Assembly (NCBI GenBank): GCA_947627315.1 | Contig: CANQVN010000001.1 | Span: forward strand, 1,656-65,655 | Reading direction: 5' to 3' | Source of the DNA: an uncultured Clostridia bacterium | GTDB lineage: Bacteria > Bacillota > Clostridia > Oscillospirales > QAKW01 | Length of the DNA: 64,000 nt | Shown here: piece by piece, positions 56,434 to 64,000 of the stretch | How positions within the stretch are numbered: the stretch's first letter is position 1 | Layout of the letters: each line of letters starts with the position of its first letter | Made by a program: the position numbers and the translations under genes | The notes under the pieces: generated by a model | What the model saw: only the letters and a program-made list of their open reading frames with translations | Told to the model about the DNA's origin: nothing | Database searches by the model: none

Positions 56434-58101
56434 TTAATCCTCTACGGTGGATGTCGGAGAGAAATCCACCCTGCAAAATCCGTTGACGTCACAGTAAAAG
56501 TATCTGCTTTTACCGCCGTCATACAGTTCGATCACATCGGACGGCGCAATGCTCCTGCCGGGATAATCGTCCGGCAGGTCATCGTTGTAACGCCTGAAAA
56601 TCATTCTGAGCACGGTGCTTTCGGCGTCGTCTTCGGCGCACTGGAAAACACCGTCGTAAACCATTGAATAATCCTCTGCCGGAGGCTGTTCATAGCCCGC
56701 CTTGTGCAAAGCGGCTATCCCGCTGAAGGCAAACGCCTTTGTGGGACTTTCCTCGGTAAATTTCAACTGGTAAATGCGAAACGGCAGGTTTCGCCGCGAA
56801 GCCGAAAGCCGCCTTTCCAGTCCCTCATAATCTTTACGGAGATACAGCTCGTATTCCCGATCGGAAAATCCGAGAAATTCCGGCAGGGTTATCGTTTCGT
56901 CCGACGCCCTCCACTTTTCCGCATCTTTTTCAATATCGCCCAGCGTGCACAGACCGTATAAGTATCTTCGCTTAAAATTCATTAAATTTTCTTCCTCTCC
57001 TTTTTTCCTGTTCCGCAGCGCAAGCAGCCAGTCGTCAATGCCTTTGTAATTGGGGTTCCATGTAAGACGCTCAAATGACATTTCGTGTTTTTTTGCCATG
57101 CGGTACATCGCGAAAACGCCGCGGTTTACGTGGACGTTTCTGAATTTATCCATATCGACCGCCTCGATGATTTTCTGCGCTCCGTTTTCGGAAAGCAGAG
57201 CAAAAAGCATATCCAGCGGCGCCGTATTGTTAACGCCCATGACGGCGGCAAACGTTCTGCCGGTCAGATAGTGGGCGATGTCCGCCTTGAGCGGTCCTTC
57301 CGTCACGTATACAACGCGGGAGAACGGGTCGCCCGTAAAATGCGCCGAACTGCCGGACGAAACGCCCATCGGCTTGCCCGACGAAGAGAAGTTGATGTAT
57401 TTCGCTCCGGGCTTACCCTTGTCGTCGCACAGCGGAACGTCCGGTCGGATCTGAAATCCGTGAACGGTGCCGTTCACTCCGCGCAGCGGTATGATGATCC
57501 CTGCGGTCTTTGTGGAAAAATTCATTGTCCACCTGCCGTCCCTTTGGTAAAAGCCGGGTACTCCCTTGACGGTGTATCCCTGCTTTATCAAGCGGCTTGT
57601 CAGCGACTCGCACATACAAAACGGCGGTGTGGATTTATACCCCGACCGTTGTATCTGCTCGTCGGTAAGCCCGCGCACCTGCGTTAGATGCAGTCTGTGC
57701 CTGTCGGACAAGGCGAGCATATCGAGCAGCGCGGAAAGCGTGCGATGGATAACGGGATTTTCCGCCCGATCCGTGACGGTGTGCGCCTCGGCGGGTGCTT
57801 TGTTTTGCTTTGGTTTGTCATAAAGCGTTCCGTTTTGAATGCTGCCGCAAATTTCATGAAACGCGTCGGAATTGCTTGCGAGGCGTTTGAATTTTGCATA
57901 CAGCGACAACATGCCGCCCGACTGCCCGCAATAGTTGCATCGCCACACGTTTTTTTCATAGCATACCTTCATTTTTCCGCGGCTGTCGCCGCAAAACGGG
58001 CAGTTTGTATACACTCCGTCACAGCACTGCCTGCGAATATGCAGGTTCAGCAAATGCACAACGTCCTCAATGTCAAACGGAAAATCCCCCGATTGACCCA
58101 T
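56434..58101 (-). CDS. DNA primase-like protein (CHC2 zinc finger + Toprim-type core) with a C-terminal YodL-like domain
   Basis: CPFCGDSRGKMKV...WRCNYCGQSG. The C-terminus reads FRIYQLKF...YSMVYDG...DVIELYDG...YFYCDVNGF. Confidence 0.8.
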   Translation of the reverse strand: MGQSGDFPFDIEDVVHLLNLHIRRQCCDGVYTNCPFCGDSRGKMKVCYEKNVWRCNYCGQSGGMLSLYAKFKRLASNSDAFHEICGSIQNGTLYDKPKQNKAPAEAHTVTDRAENPVIHRTLSALLDMLALSDRHRLHLTQVRGLTDEQIQRSGYKSTPPFCMCESLTSRLIKQGYTVKGVPGFYQRDGRWTMNFSTKTAGIIIPLRGVNGTVHGFQIRPDVPLCDDKGKPGAKYINFSSSGKPMGVSSGSSAHFTGDPFSRVVYVTEGPLKADIAHYLTGRTFAAVMGVNNTAPLDMLFALLSENGAQKIIEAVDMDKFRNVHVNRGVFAMYRMAKKHEMSFERLTWNPNYKGIDDWLLALRNRKKGEEENLMNFKRRYLYGLCTLGDIEKDAEKWRASDETITLPEFLGFSDREYELYLRKDYEGLERRLSASRRNLPFRIYQLKFTEESPTKAFAFSGIAALHKAGYEQPPAEDYSMVYDGVFQCAEDDAESTVLRMIFRRYNDDLPDDYPGRSIAPSDVIELYDGGKSRYFYCDVNGFCRVDFSPTSTVED

Positions 58102-58134
58102 AGTCCATCTCCTCCCGTAATAAGCCGCGCAGCA

Positions 58135-58908
58135 TCAGGCAGCGTTTTGCAGCATGATTTTTGCGGCGGCGCGGAGAATGTTGTCCTTGCCCTGATAGCC
58201 CTGAACATAGAATTTAAGGCTTGCGGGCCGCCTGTCGGCAACCTGCGCGATTGTCCAACCGCTGCACGCGCCGTCCTTTACGACGTATTCTTTTGCCTGT
58301 TCCGTTGTCATAACGGAGCAGATTTCGTCAACCGTCATATCTTCCGAATAGGCGGGCGTTTCCGCCTCCGCTGTCGGCTCAGGCAACGCTTCGGCTTTTT
58401 GCTGCTCGACCTGCTCAGCGGTGTTCTGCTCCTCCGATGCGGTCGCCTCCGCCTTCGGTTCTGCCGGAGCGGGAACCGCTTTTGTCGGCACGTCGGCGTC
58501 TTCGGACGTTTCCGCCGTCTGCGGCTTGCAGGGAATAAACTGCACGCCGAATCCCGCGTCGGACAATGCCCGGTCTATGGCGGTATTCTGCGCCTTTTTG
58601 ATATAATCCCTATCCGTTTCGTTCTTTTCACACTCGGCGATGTAACTTGCAACCGGGTCGGCGTCGCGCCTGTCTAAGAATACGCGCGCCTCGATGATGG
58701 CGAGTTGATCGGTGAGCTTCACGAGAAACGGACGGACGATACCGTTTGGGTATTTTAATCTGAACCACAGTTTTTTGTACGGTAAATCGAGCGTCAGCCC
58801 CGTCTTTGTGTTTCTGACATATTGCAGCGGGTCAAAGCCCTTTACGCTGTTCAGTTCGGATACCACGGGGTTTACATGATACAGTGTTGTAAAGTCGGAT
58901 GCGTTCAT
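58135..58908 (-). CDS. Hypothetical protein; weak Rad52-like annealase motif
   Basis: 257-aa ORF with SD AAAGGAG. The motif KKAQNTAIDRALSDAGFGVQF resembles the Rad52/Sak helix-hairpin. The function is uncertain. Confidence 0.7.
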   Translation of the reverse strand: MNASDFTTLYHVNPVVSELNSVKGFDPLQYVRNTKTGLTLDLPYKKLWFRLKYPNGIVRPFLVKLTDQLAIIEARVFLDRRDADPVASYIAECEKNETDRDYIKKAQNTAIDRALSDAGFGVQFIPCKPQTAETSEDADVPTKAVPAPAEPKAEATASEEQNTAEQVEQQKAEALPEPTAEAETPAYSEDMTVDEICSVMTTEQAKEYVVKDGACSGWTIAQVADRRPASLKFYVQGYQGKDNILRAAAKIMLQNAA

Positions 58909-58970
58909 AAGTCAATAAGACTCCTTTCATAAATAAATACAATTGATTTGTGGCAGTTTCCGCAATCGTT

Positions 58971-61220
58971 TCAGCTTGCTTGTTTCAATTCGCTTTTGTG
59001 AAGCGACTGAACCTTTAAATAATTGTTGATGCGTTCGCCCAGCGCGGTGTTGCGGACGCCCGTATCGTTTCTGCCTATCGCCATAATGAGCATTCCTTTT
59101 TGCCCTATCAGAATTACTTTGCGCTTGGCACGGGTAATGGCGGTGTAGATAAGCGTTCTTTTGAGCATGATGGCGTGACTGCGAATGATCGGCAAAATGA
59201 CAACGTCGTATTCCGAACCCATCGCTTTGTGGACGGTGGTGGCATACGCAAGCTCGACGTTTGCCATATCCTCCATTCCGTATTTGACCGTCCGATCTTC
59301 GCCAAAGGATATGACCACTTCGATATCGCCTTTGTCGTTTGTACGGATATCCTGTATAAAGCCGATATCGCCGTTGGACGCCGCCGTGCTGTTTTTCGTC
59401 TGCATCACTTTATCGTTGCAGCGAAAATACTTGCCGCCGACCTTCAGATCGGGCATATCGTCCCGGACGGGATTGACCATTTCTCTCAATACGATGTTGA
59501 GATTGTCAACCGCCGCTTCACCCTCCGAGCGGAACGGCGAGAGGATCTGTACCCGGTCAATGCCGTATTTGCTCACACGGTCGCAAAACACATCGCAAAT
59601 GACGGACGCCGCCTCCTGCTGCGTCGTGCATTTCATAAATCTGAAATCCTCGCCGTAGGTAAGCGCGCTTTGTCCCGCGTTGATGCTCTGCGCGTTGTAA
59701 GCAATAAGGCTGTCCTTTTTCTGGCGAAATATCTCGCCGAGCCTTGTAACGGGGATGTTGCCGCAGTTTATAAGCTCGCGAAAAACATCGCCCGCGCCGA
59801 CGCTTTGCAGTTGATCGGCGTCTCCGACCAGGACAACCAAGGTTTTTGGGTCGATCCGCGAAAAGAACCGATCGGCAAGCCACATATCCACCATGGAACT
59901 CTCGTCTATGATAATCAGGTCTGCTTCAAGCGGCGCAGTTTTGCCGCCCTTCGGGATAAATTCGCTGTCACCCACGAGCCCAAGCAGACTGTGCAGCGTG
60001 CTTGCGTCTTTTCGTCTGGTGCTTTCAGCCATACGGCGGCTTGCACGCCCCGTAGGTGCGGCAAGCAGGATCTTCCCTTTCGGATACAGGTATTCAAAAA
60101 CCTTTATGACGGCGCGAAGGACTGTTGTTTTGCCGGTGCCCGGTCCGCCTGTTATGATGGATAGTTTGCTTCTGAAAGCCATATATACGGCTTCCGTTTG
60201 CTTTTGGGAGAGCGTGATGCCCAACGTGTCCCTGACGCTTGCCAGCGCGGTGCGCACGTCGGAGTCCTTTGTTTTTTCGGAGAGCATTTTGGCGATTTTA
60301 CAAGCCGTTTCATCCTCCTGAACAAAGCATTTCGTTTGGTATATCCGTCCGTCGCTGCTCACCACTTCGCCTTTCAGTATCATTTGCTTCAGCACGGCGT
60401 CGATCTCCTCTTTTGAAACGTTTATCTGCGGCTCGGGGAGTTTTTCGTTTAACAGTTTTGAAGCCGTATGCAAAAGTTTTTCACCGCTTAAAAACAGATG
60501 TCCGTTATCGTTTTTCTGCGTATCCAACGCCGCGAAGATCGCGCCGTGTATCCGCATCGGCGCGTTCGGCTTACAGTCGCCTTTTAACACGATGGCGTCG
60601 ACACGCTTGAACCCGAAGCCGGATATGCGGCACAGTTCATACGGATCGTTTTGCAGTATTTCCACGCTTTTCGCGCCGAAATACTCGTAAATTTTCGCCG
60701 CCGTTACCGGTGTGACGTTAAACGGAGAGAGCAGTATCATCAAGTCTCTGAGCGATCGGCTCTGTTCGCATGAATTTACGATGCCGTCCAGCTTTTCGCG
60801 GGTAATGCCCTTGATTTCAAGCAGTCTTTCCGGTTCGTTTTCCAATACATTCAGCGAATCGGCGCCGAACCGCTCTACGATCAAAGCGGCGGTTTTCTCT
60901 CCGACGCCTTTTATGAGATGAGAGGAGAGATAGCCCTGTATACCGTCTTTGGTCTGCGGCACGATCTCTTCACAACTTTTCACCTGAAGCTGATACCCGT
61001 GCTTTCCGTTCTGCCAATCGCCGTCCAAAATCATGCTGACTTTATCGGTCAGGGGCAGTCCGTAACCCACGGCTACAAAGCGGATCAAATGATCTCTGTG
61101 CCTGTACGCGCTGCGTGCCTCTTGCGGTACGCTTCTGTCCGATGTTTTTACGCTTATAACGCAATATTTGCTTGTCGGGCTGTAAAATATAGTTCGGTCA
61201 TAAACGCCGAGATAGCCCAT
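58971..61220 (-). CDS. recD2: RecD2-type SF1B DNA helicase
   Basis: GGPGTGKT, IIDESSMVD, VGDADQLQSVGAG and ATTVHKAMGSEYDVVILP. Confidence 0.9.
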   Translation of the reverse strand: MGYLGVYDRTIFYSPTSKYCVISVKTSDRSVPQEARSAYRHRDHLIRFVAVGYGLPLTDKVSMILDGDWQNGKHGYQLQVKSCEEIVPQTKDGIQGYLSSHLIKGVGEKTAALIVERFGADSLNVLENEPERLLEIKGITREKLDGIVNSCEQSRSLRDLMILLSPFNVTPVTAAKIYEYFGAKSVEILQNDPYELCRISGFGFKRVDAIVLKGDCKPNAPMRIHGAIFAALDTQKNDNGHLFLSGEKLLHTASKLLNEKLPEPQINVSKEEIDAVLKQMILKGEVVSSDGRIYQTKCFVQEDETACKIAKMLSEKTKDSDVRTALASVRDTLGITLSQKQTEAVYMAFRSKLSIITGGPGTGKTTVLRAVIKVFEYLYPKGKILLAAPTGRASRRMAESTRRKDASTLHSLLGLVGDSEFIPKGGKTAPLEADLIIIDESSMVDMWLADRFFSRIDPKTLVVLVGDADQLQSVGAGDVFRELINCGNIPVTRLGEIFRQKKDSLIAYNAQSINAGQSALTYGEDFRFMKCTTQQEAASVICDVFCDRVSKYGIDRVQILSPFRSEGEAAVDNLNIVLREMVNPVRDDMPDLKVGGKYFRCNDKVMQTKNSTAASNGDIGFIQDIRTNDKGDIEVVISFGEDRTVKYGMEDMANVELAYATTVHKAMGSEYDVVILPIIRSHAIMLKRTLIYTAITRAKRKVILIGQKGMLIMAIGRNDTGVRNTALGERINNYLKVQSLHKSELKQAS

Positions 61221-61292
61221 GCCGATACCTCCTTTAACGGATTATTCCGGTGCGGTTTTGCTTTCATATTGAACCACCGTTCCTTTCTTTAC

Positions 61293-62339
61293 TCACGCCG
61301 CATTTTCCTGCGCTCTTTTTACATAAAACCGTCTGCTTTCGGTAAACGTCACATACTCGCTATAGATGTCGGGGTGCCGCATTTGCAGGCGAAGCAGATC
61401 GTCCTTTGCCACGGTTGGCTTTCTGCTTGAATTATACGTCACGGTAAAGGACTCCCCGCCGTTTGAGCATACCGCCTTGCAGCTTGTCCCCATCTCCGCG
61501 ACTATAAACCCCTGCAATCGCTTCATTTCCTTTTCAATGTCTTTTGATTTTCCATCGGCGATTTTCTTTTGCGCCTGTAGTTCGGTAAAACGCTTAATGT
61601 AACTTAACAGTTGAAATTTAAGCTCCACCTGCGGTGCCGATGCATCGCACGGTCCGAAGTGATTTTTTACGCTGTTCAGAATAAGCGTGCCGTCCTCCGT
61701 ATAGGGCGGAGGTTCTTTTTTTAGAACATGATTGTTCCAGAAATTGCCCTCCAACGCGATAAGTTCTTCTTCATAAGCCGTGTCCCGCTCTACATGGCGA
61801 ATGCACACCTCGTCCTCGCTGTTGCCGTAAAGGCAGCAGTAATAAACGTGGTTCAGGTTCATCACGCACATATAATGTCTGCCCTGTATTTCGTAGTTGA
61901 CGGGGATCACCTCTCTGCCGTCCTGCCACCAGTGGTCTTTTGCATTGTAGTTGGTGGTCTTGATTTCCAGGATCGCGGTCTCGCCGTTCGGCAACGTGAT
62001 AAAGTAGTCGACGTCCGCCAACATAAACGTATGTTTCGGGTGTCGGAACATCTTATGAATCTGATAGATTTCAAAGCCTGTTTTGACCTTGAAAATTTCC
62101 GCCACCAGATCCTCAAGCAGATGACCTATGCGTTTTTTGACCCAATCGCCGTCCTCCTCAAAAGAAACGATATTCAATTTGTCGTAATACAGATCTCTTG
62201 CGGTGGCAAACGGGGAAACGCCGAGTACAGCCGCGGCGTCGCTGCCGCCGATACCCAGTCGTCTGTAGTTCAGCCAGTCTTTTTTGGAAAGCCCGGCAGT
62301 TTCTACGATAACGTCCGGTTTGTATGTTTCCTTTTCCAT
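61293..62339 (-). CDS. YqaJ-like PD-(D/E)XK recombination exonuclease
   Basis: GIGGSDAAAVLGVSPFATARDLYYDK. I prefer ATG 62339 (SD AGAGG 9 nt upstream) over the track start 62573. Confidence 0.85.
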   Translation of the reverse strand: MEKETYKPDVIVETAGLSKKDWLNYRRLGIGGSDAAAVLGVSPFATARDLYYDKLNIVSFEEDGDWVKKRIGHLLEDLVAEIFKVKTGFEIYQIHKMFRHPKHTFMLADVDYFITLPNGETAILEIKTTNYNAKDHWWQDGREVIPVNYEIQGRHYMCVMNLNHVYYCCLYGNSEDEVCIRHVERDTAYEEELIALEGNFWNNHVLKKEPPPYTEDGTLILNSVKNHFGPCDASAPQVELKFQLLSYIKRFTELQAQKKIADGKSKDIEKEMKRLQGFIVAEMGTSCKAVCSNGGESFTVTYNSSRKPTVAKDDLLRLQMRHPDIYSEYVTFTESRRFYVKRAQENAA

Positions 62340-62341
62340 TT

Positions 62342-62503
62342 TTAAGTACCTCTGTTTCTTGTTCTTTGCGATATTGCGGCAGGGATATACACTGCCCGTA
62401 TCGGGTATTTCATTTGTTTTCTTGCCTCCTTTCTCCATGCTTGCCGCAGCGCGGCGCACCGTCCGATGTGCCGTCTGCGATGCCTGTGCCTTCTTCTCAT
62501 CAT
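62342..62503 (-). CDS. Speculative 53-aa arginine-rich peptide ORF
   Basis: Translates MMRRRHRHRRRHIGRCAALRQAWRKEARKQMKYPIRAVYIPAAISQRTRNRGT. It has a weak SD (AAAGG), and its stop lies 2 nt before the yqaJ ATG. It could be a compositional artefact. Confidence 0.2.
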   Translation of the reverse strand: MMRRRHRHRRRHIGRCAALRQAWRKEARKQMKYPIRAVYIPAAISQRTRNRGT

Positions 62504-62633
62504 TTTTCCGCCTTTCTTGAAATATTCCAAACACCGTAAGGTGATTTTGGCAATAAAAAAGCGAGAACGGCACAATAGATTAAAGTCGCCTGCAAAAGCA
62601 GAGCCGATGCCATTCTCACTAAAAATTAAAAAT

Positions 62634-62795
62634 AAAAAAAGCCGATAAAATCATACCGTCAAAGGACGGTTGATACTATCGGCTGAATATACAAACTTAA
62701 CAACTTGTGCAATGCAGATCGTTCTGCGATCCGTTAAGGAAAAGCACATAAATCAATGACAACTATAATATACCACAATATATTGTAGTTGTCAA
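62634..62795 (-). promoter_or_regulatory. Conserved promoter-leader-terminator element, copy B (upstream of the yqaJ-recD2 operon)
   Basis: On the minus strand: TTGACA (62795-62790), 17 nt, TATATT (62772-62767), stem-loop GATCG-CAGAA-CGATC, conserved block 62715-62689, hairpin 62684-62640, and T7. Confidence 0.6.
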
Positions 62796-63078
62796 TAGCG
62801 TTTATCTACATATTGATTTTTCAAAAAGCCTTTGCGGAAAACAAAGGGTACGGCTTATATTTATATTATGAAAAGGTACACGAAAGTGTGCCGATGTACA
62901 TTGAAAACCGAATAGTTCCCGCCGGGAGTTATACGGGATTTGCGGAAAGTATGCCACGACGCGGCTGCCGAGCGTGCCCGCAGATGAAACAGCGCACAGC
63001 GCGACCCGAAAATACGCACTTTGAGAGAGTGCAGGAAATGGCCCGGAACGGGAATGCCGAAATAAAAGGAGGAAAAAT

Positions 63079-63285
63079 ATGTTTATAAATACAGAAGAAA
63101 TACCTGTAACATTCGGAGCAGCGGAGTTATCATCTATACTCGGTATTTCGAGAAACAAGGCATATGAACTGATCCATACTGCGGGGTTTCCCAAATACCG
63201 GATAGGCAGAAAAATCATTATAAGTAAAAAGCATTTTTTAGAATGGATGGACAGGCAATTTGATGAATCCAATCGGCTGTATTAA
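63079..63285 (+). CDS. xis: Excisionase-family HTH protein
   Basis: 68 aa: FGAAELSSILGISRNKAYELIHTAGFPKYRIGRKIIISKKHFLEWM. SD AAAGGAGG. It lies directly upstream of int. Confidence 0.75.
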   Translation: MFINTEEIPVTFGAAELSSILGISRNKAYELIHTAGFPKYRIGRKIIISKKHFLEWMDRQFDESNRLY

Positions 63286-63406
63286 AAAATGTTGAAAACA
63301 GCAATGTCCCCGTCGTATAATAATTAGACGGAGTAAAAACCCAAAGGTCCTTTAACCCGAAACATGCAAAACAATGCTTTTTGCTCAAAAAGGAGGTATA
63401 TTTTTA

Positions 63407-64000
63407 GTGAGCAGAAAGAAAGCAAACGGAGAGGGCTCCATCAGCAAGCGTTCGGACGGACGGTATATGGCGCGTTACACCGTAAACGGCAAAAGAAAAT
63501 ACATCTACGGTGCAACACACGGCGAAGTTCGTGAAAAACTTAACGAGAAACTTAATGAGATCGCAAAAGGCGAGTATATTGAACCAAATAAAGAAACCGT
63601 AGAAAAATGGCTCAAGGATTGGTTGGTAACGTATGCGCTGCCGACAGTTAAGCAATCGACCTACATTTCTTATGAAAGTTATATTCGCCTTCACATTTGT
63701 CCGCAGCTTGGCAATGTTGCACTGACTGCGCTGACGATAGAGCGATTGCAACTGTTTTTCAATCGTCTGAGCATTGACACGAATCAAAGAAAATCTCTGT
63801 CCCCCAAATCCATAAGGAATATCTACAATATGTTCCACGAAGCATTGGATCAGGCGGTGATCAATCGTAAAATTATACGCAACCCGCTTATTGGAATTAA
63901 ACTGCCCAAAATAGTCAAACAGGAAATACGCATTTTAAGTTTGGACGAACAGGCAAAATTGCAGAGCGCGGCATTCGACGCGCCTGAGCCGCAGGCATAC
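63407..64000 (+). CDS. int: Tyrosine integrase, N-terminal 198 codons (runs off the window)
   Basis: GTG start after AAGGAGG. Translates VSRKKANGEGSISKRSDGRYMARYTVNGKRKYIYGATHGEVREKL (arm-binding type) followed by a core-binding SAM-like region. It is not in the ORF track because no stop falls in the window. Confidence 0.85.
   Translation, partial: MSRKKANGEGSISKRSDGRYMARYTVNGKRKYIYGATHGEVREKLNEKLNEIAKGEYIEPNKETVEKWLKDWLVTYALPTVKQSTYISYESYIRLHICPQLGNVALTALTIERLQLFFNRLSIDTNQRKSLSPKSIRNIYNMFHEALDQAVINRKIIRNPLIGIKLPKIVKQEIRILSLDEQAKLQSAAFDAPEPQAY

Larger units (their letters stand above)
2074..64000. mobile_element. Integrative conjugative element (T4SS, coupling protein, adhesin/sortase, regulators, replication/recombination block, xis-int); right end lies beyond the window
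   Basis: The tRNA-fragment junction is on the left, conjugation genes are contiguous, and an excisionase plus tyrosine integrase sit at 63079-64000. Confidence 0.7.

Noticed and set aside
57085-62345. Plus-strand ORFs (200, 329, 354 and 205 aa) opposite the primase, RecD2 and YqaJ genes
   Set aside because: They are antisense to genes with clear catalytic motifs and good SDs. The translations are Arg-rich nonsense without motifs.
1-64000. CRISPR arrays, rRNA genes, retron or DGR reverse transcriptases, prophage structural genes
   Set aside because: None were seen on either strand on reading through the window. The absence is by eye only and was not checked with a detection tool.

Overview
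This window is almost entirely one large integrative conjugative element (ICE) of the Clostridia/Firmicutes type.

**Layout**
- **nt 1-2030, chromosomal flank:** the 3' part of a DUF2961-like gene, two hairpin terminators and decayed initiator-tRNA-Met pieces.
- **~2074, likely ICE left junction:** a 45-nt tRNA-fMet 3' fragment lies at 2029-2073 on the minus strand.
- **2.4-23.8 kb, plus-strand type IV secretion/conjugation operon:** pilin-like protein, VirB6-like protein, cell-wall hydrolase, an embedded Phd/RelE toxin-antitoxin pair, VirB4, coupling protein, S1-domain protein, CAP lipoprotein, and a 1672-aa adhesin ending in PPKTG with its own sortase B.
- **23.9-37.9 kb, accessory and regulatory block:** sigma-like factors, an AAA-ATPase + RloB (AbiL-like) pair, SSB, DUF932, an orphan N6-methyltransferase-SNF2 fusion, and Tn916 orf9/orf7/orf8-like regulators.
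- **~38.0-53.6 kb, nested AT-rich island:** sampled lines give ~35% GC against ~55% for the backbone. It has its own tyrosine recombinase and unusual cargo.
- **53.7-62.3 kb, minus-strand replication/recombination block:** PcfJ, PcfK-like protein, primase, RecD2 and a YqaJ exonuclease.
- **Right edge:** xis and int run off the window.

**Most interesting observations**
1. A ~160-nt promoter + structured leader + intrinsic terminator element occurs twice, upstream of ssb and upstream of the yqaJ-recD2 operon. Sequence blocks are conserved and the stems differ in sequence but keep their structure. An arginine-rich small ORF follows the second copy.
2. A perfect 26-bp inverted repeat brackets the island integrase gene.
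3. The island cargo includes an extremely acidic HExxH protein, two tandem adenylate-forming enzymes, and an SPFH / membrane / Zn-ribbon-TPR / 885-aa HerA-like ATPase cluster. I flag this as a candidate uncharacterised system.
4. Layered attenuator structures lie upstream of the orf7-like sigma gene.

**Limits:** no rRNA, CRISPR array or complete tRNA was seen. All family names come from motif recognition by eye, and no database search was run.
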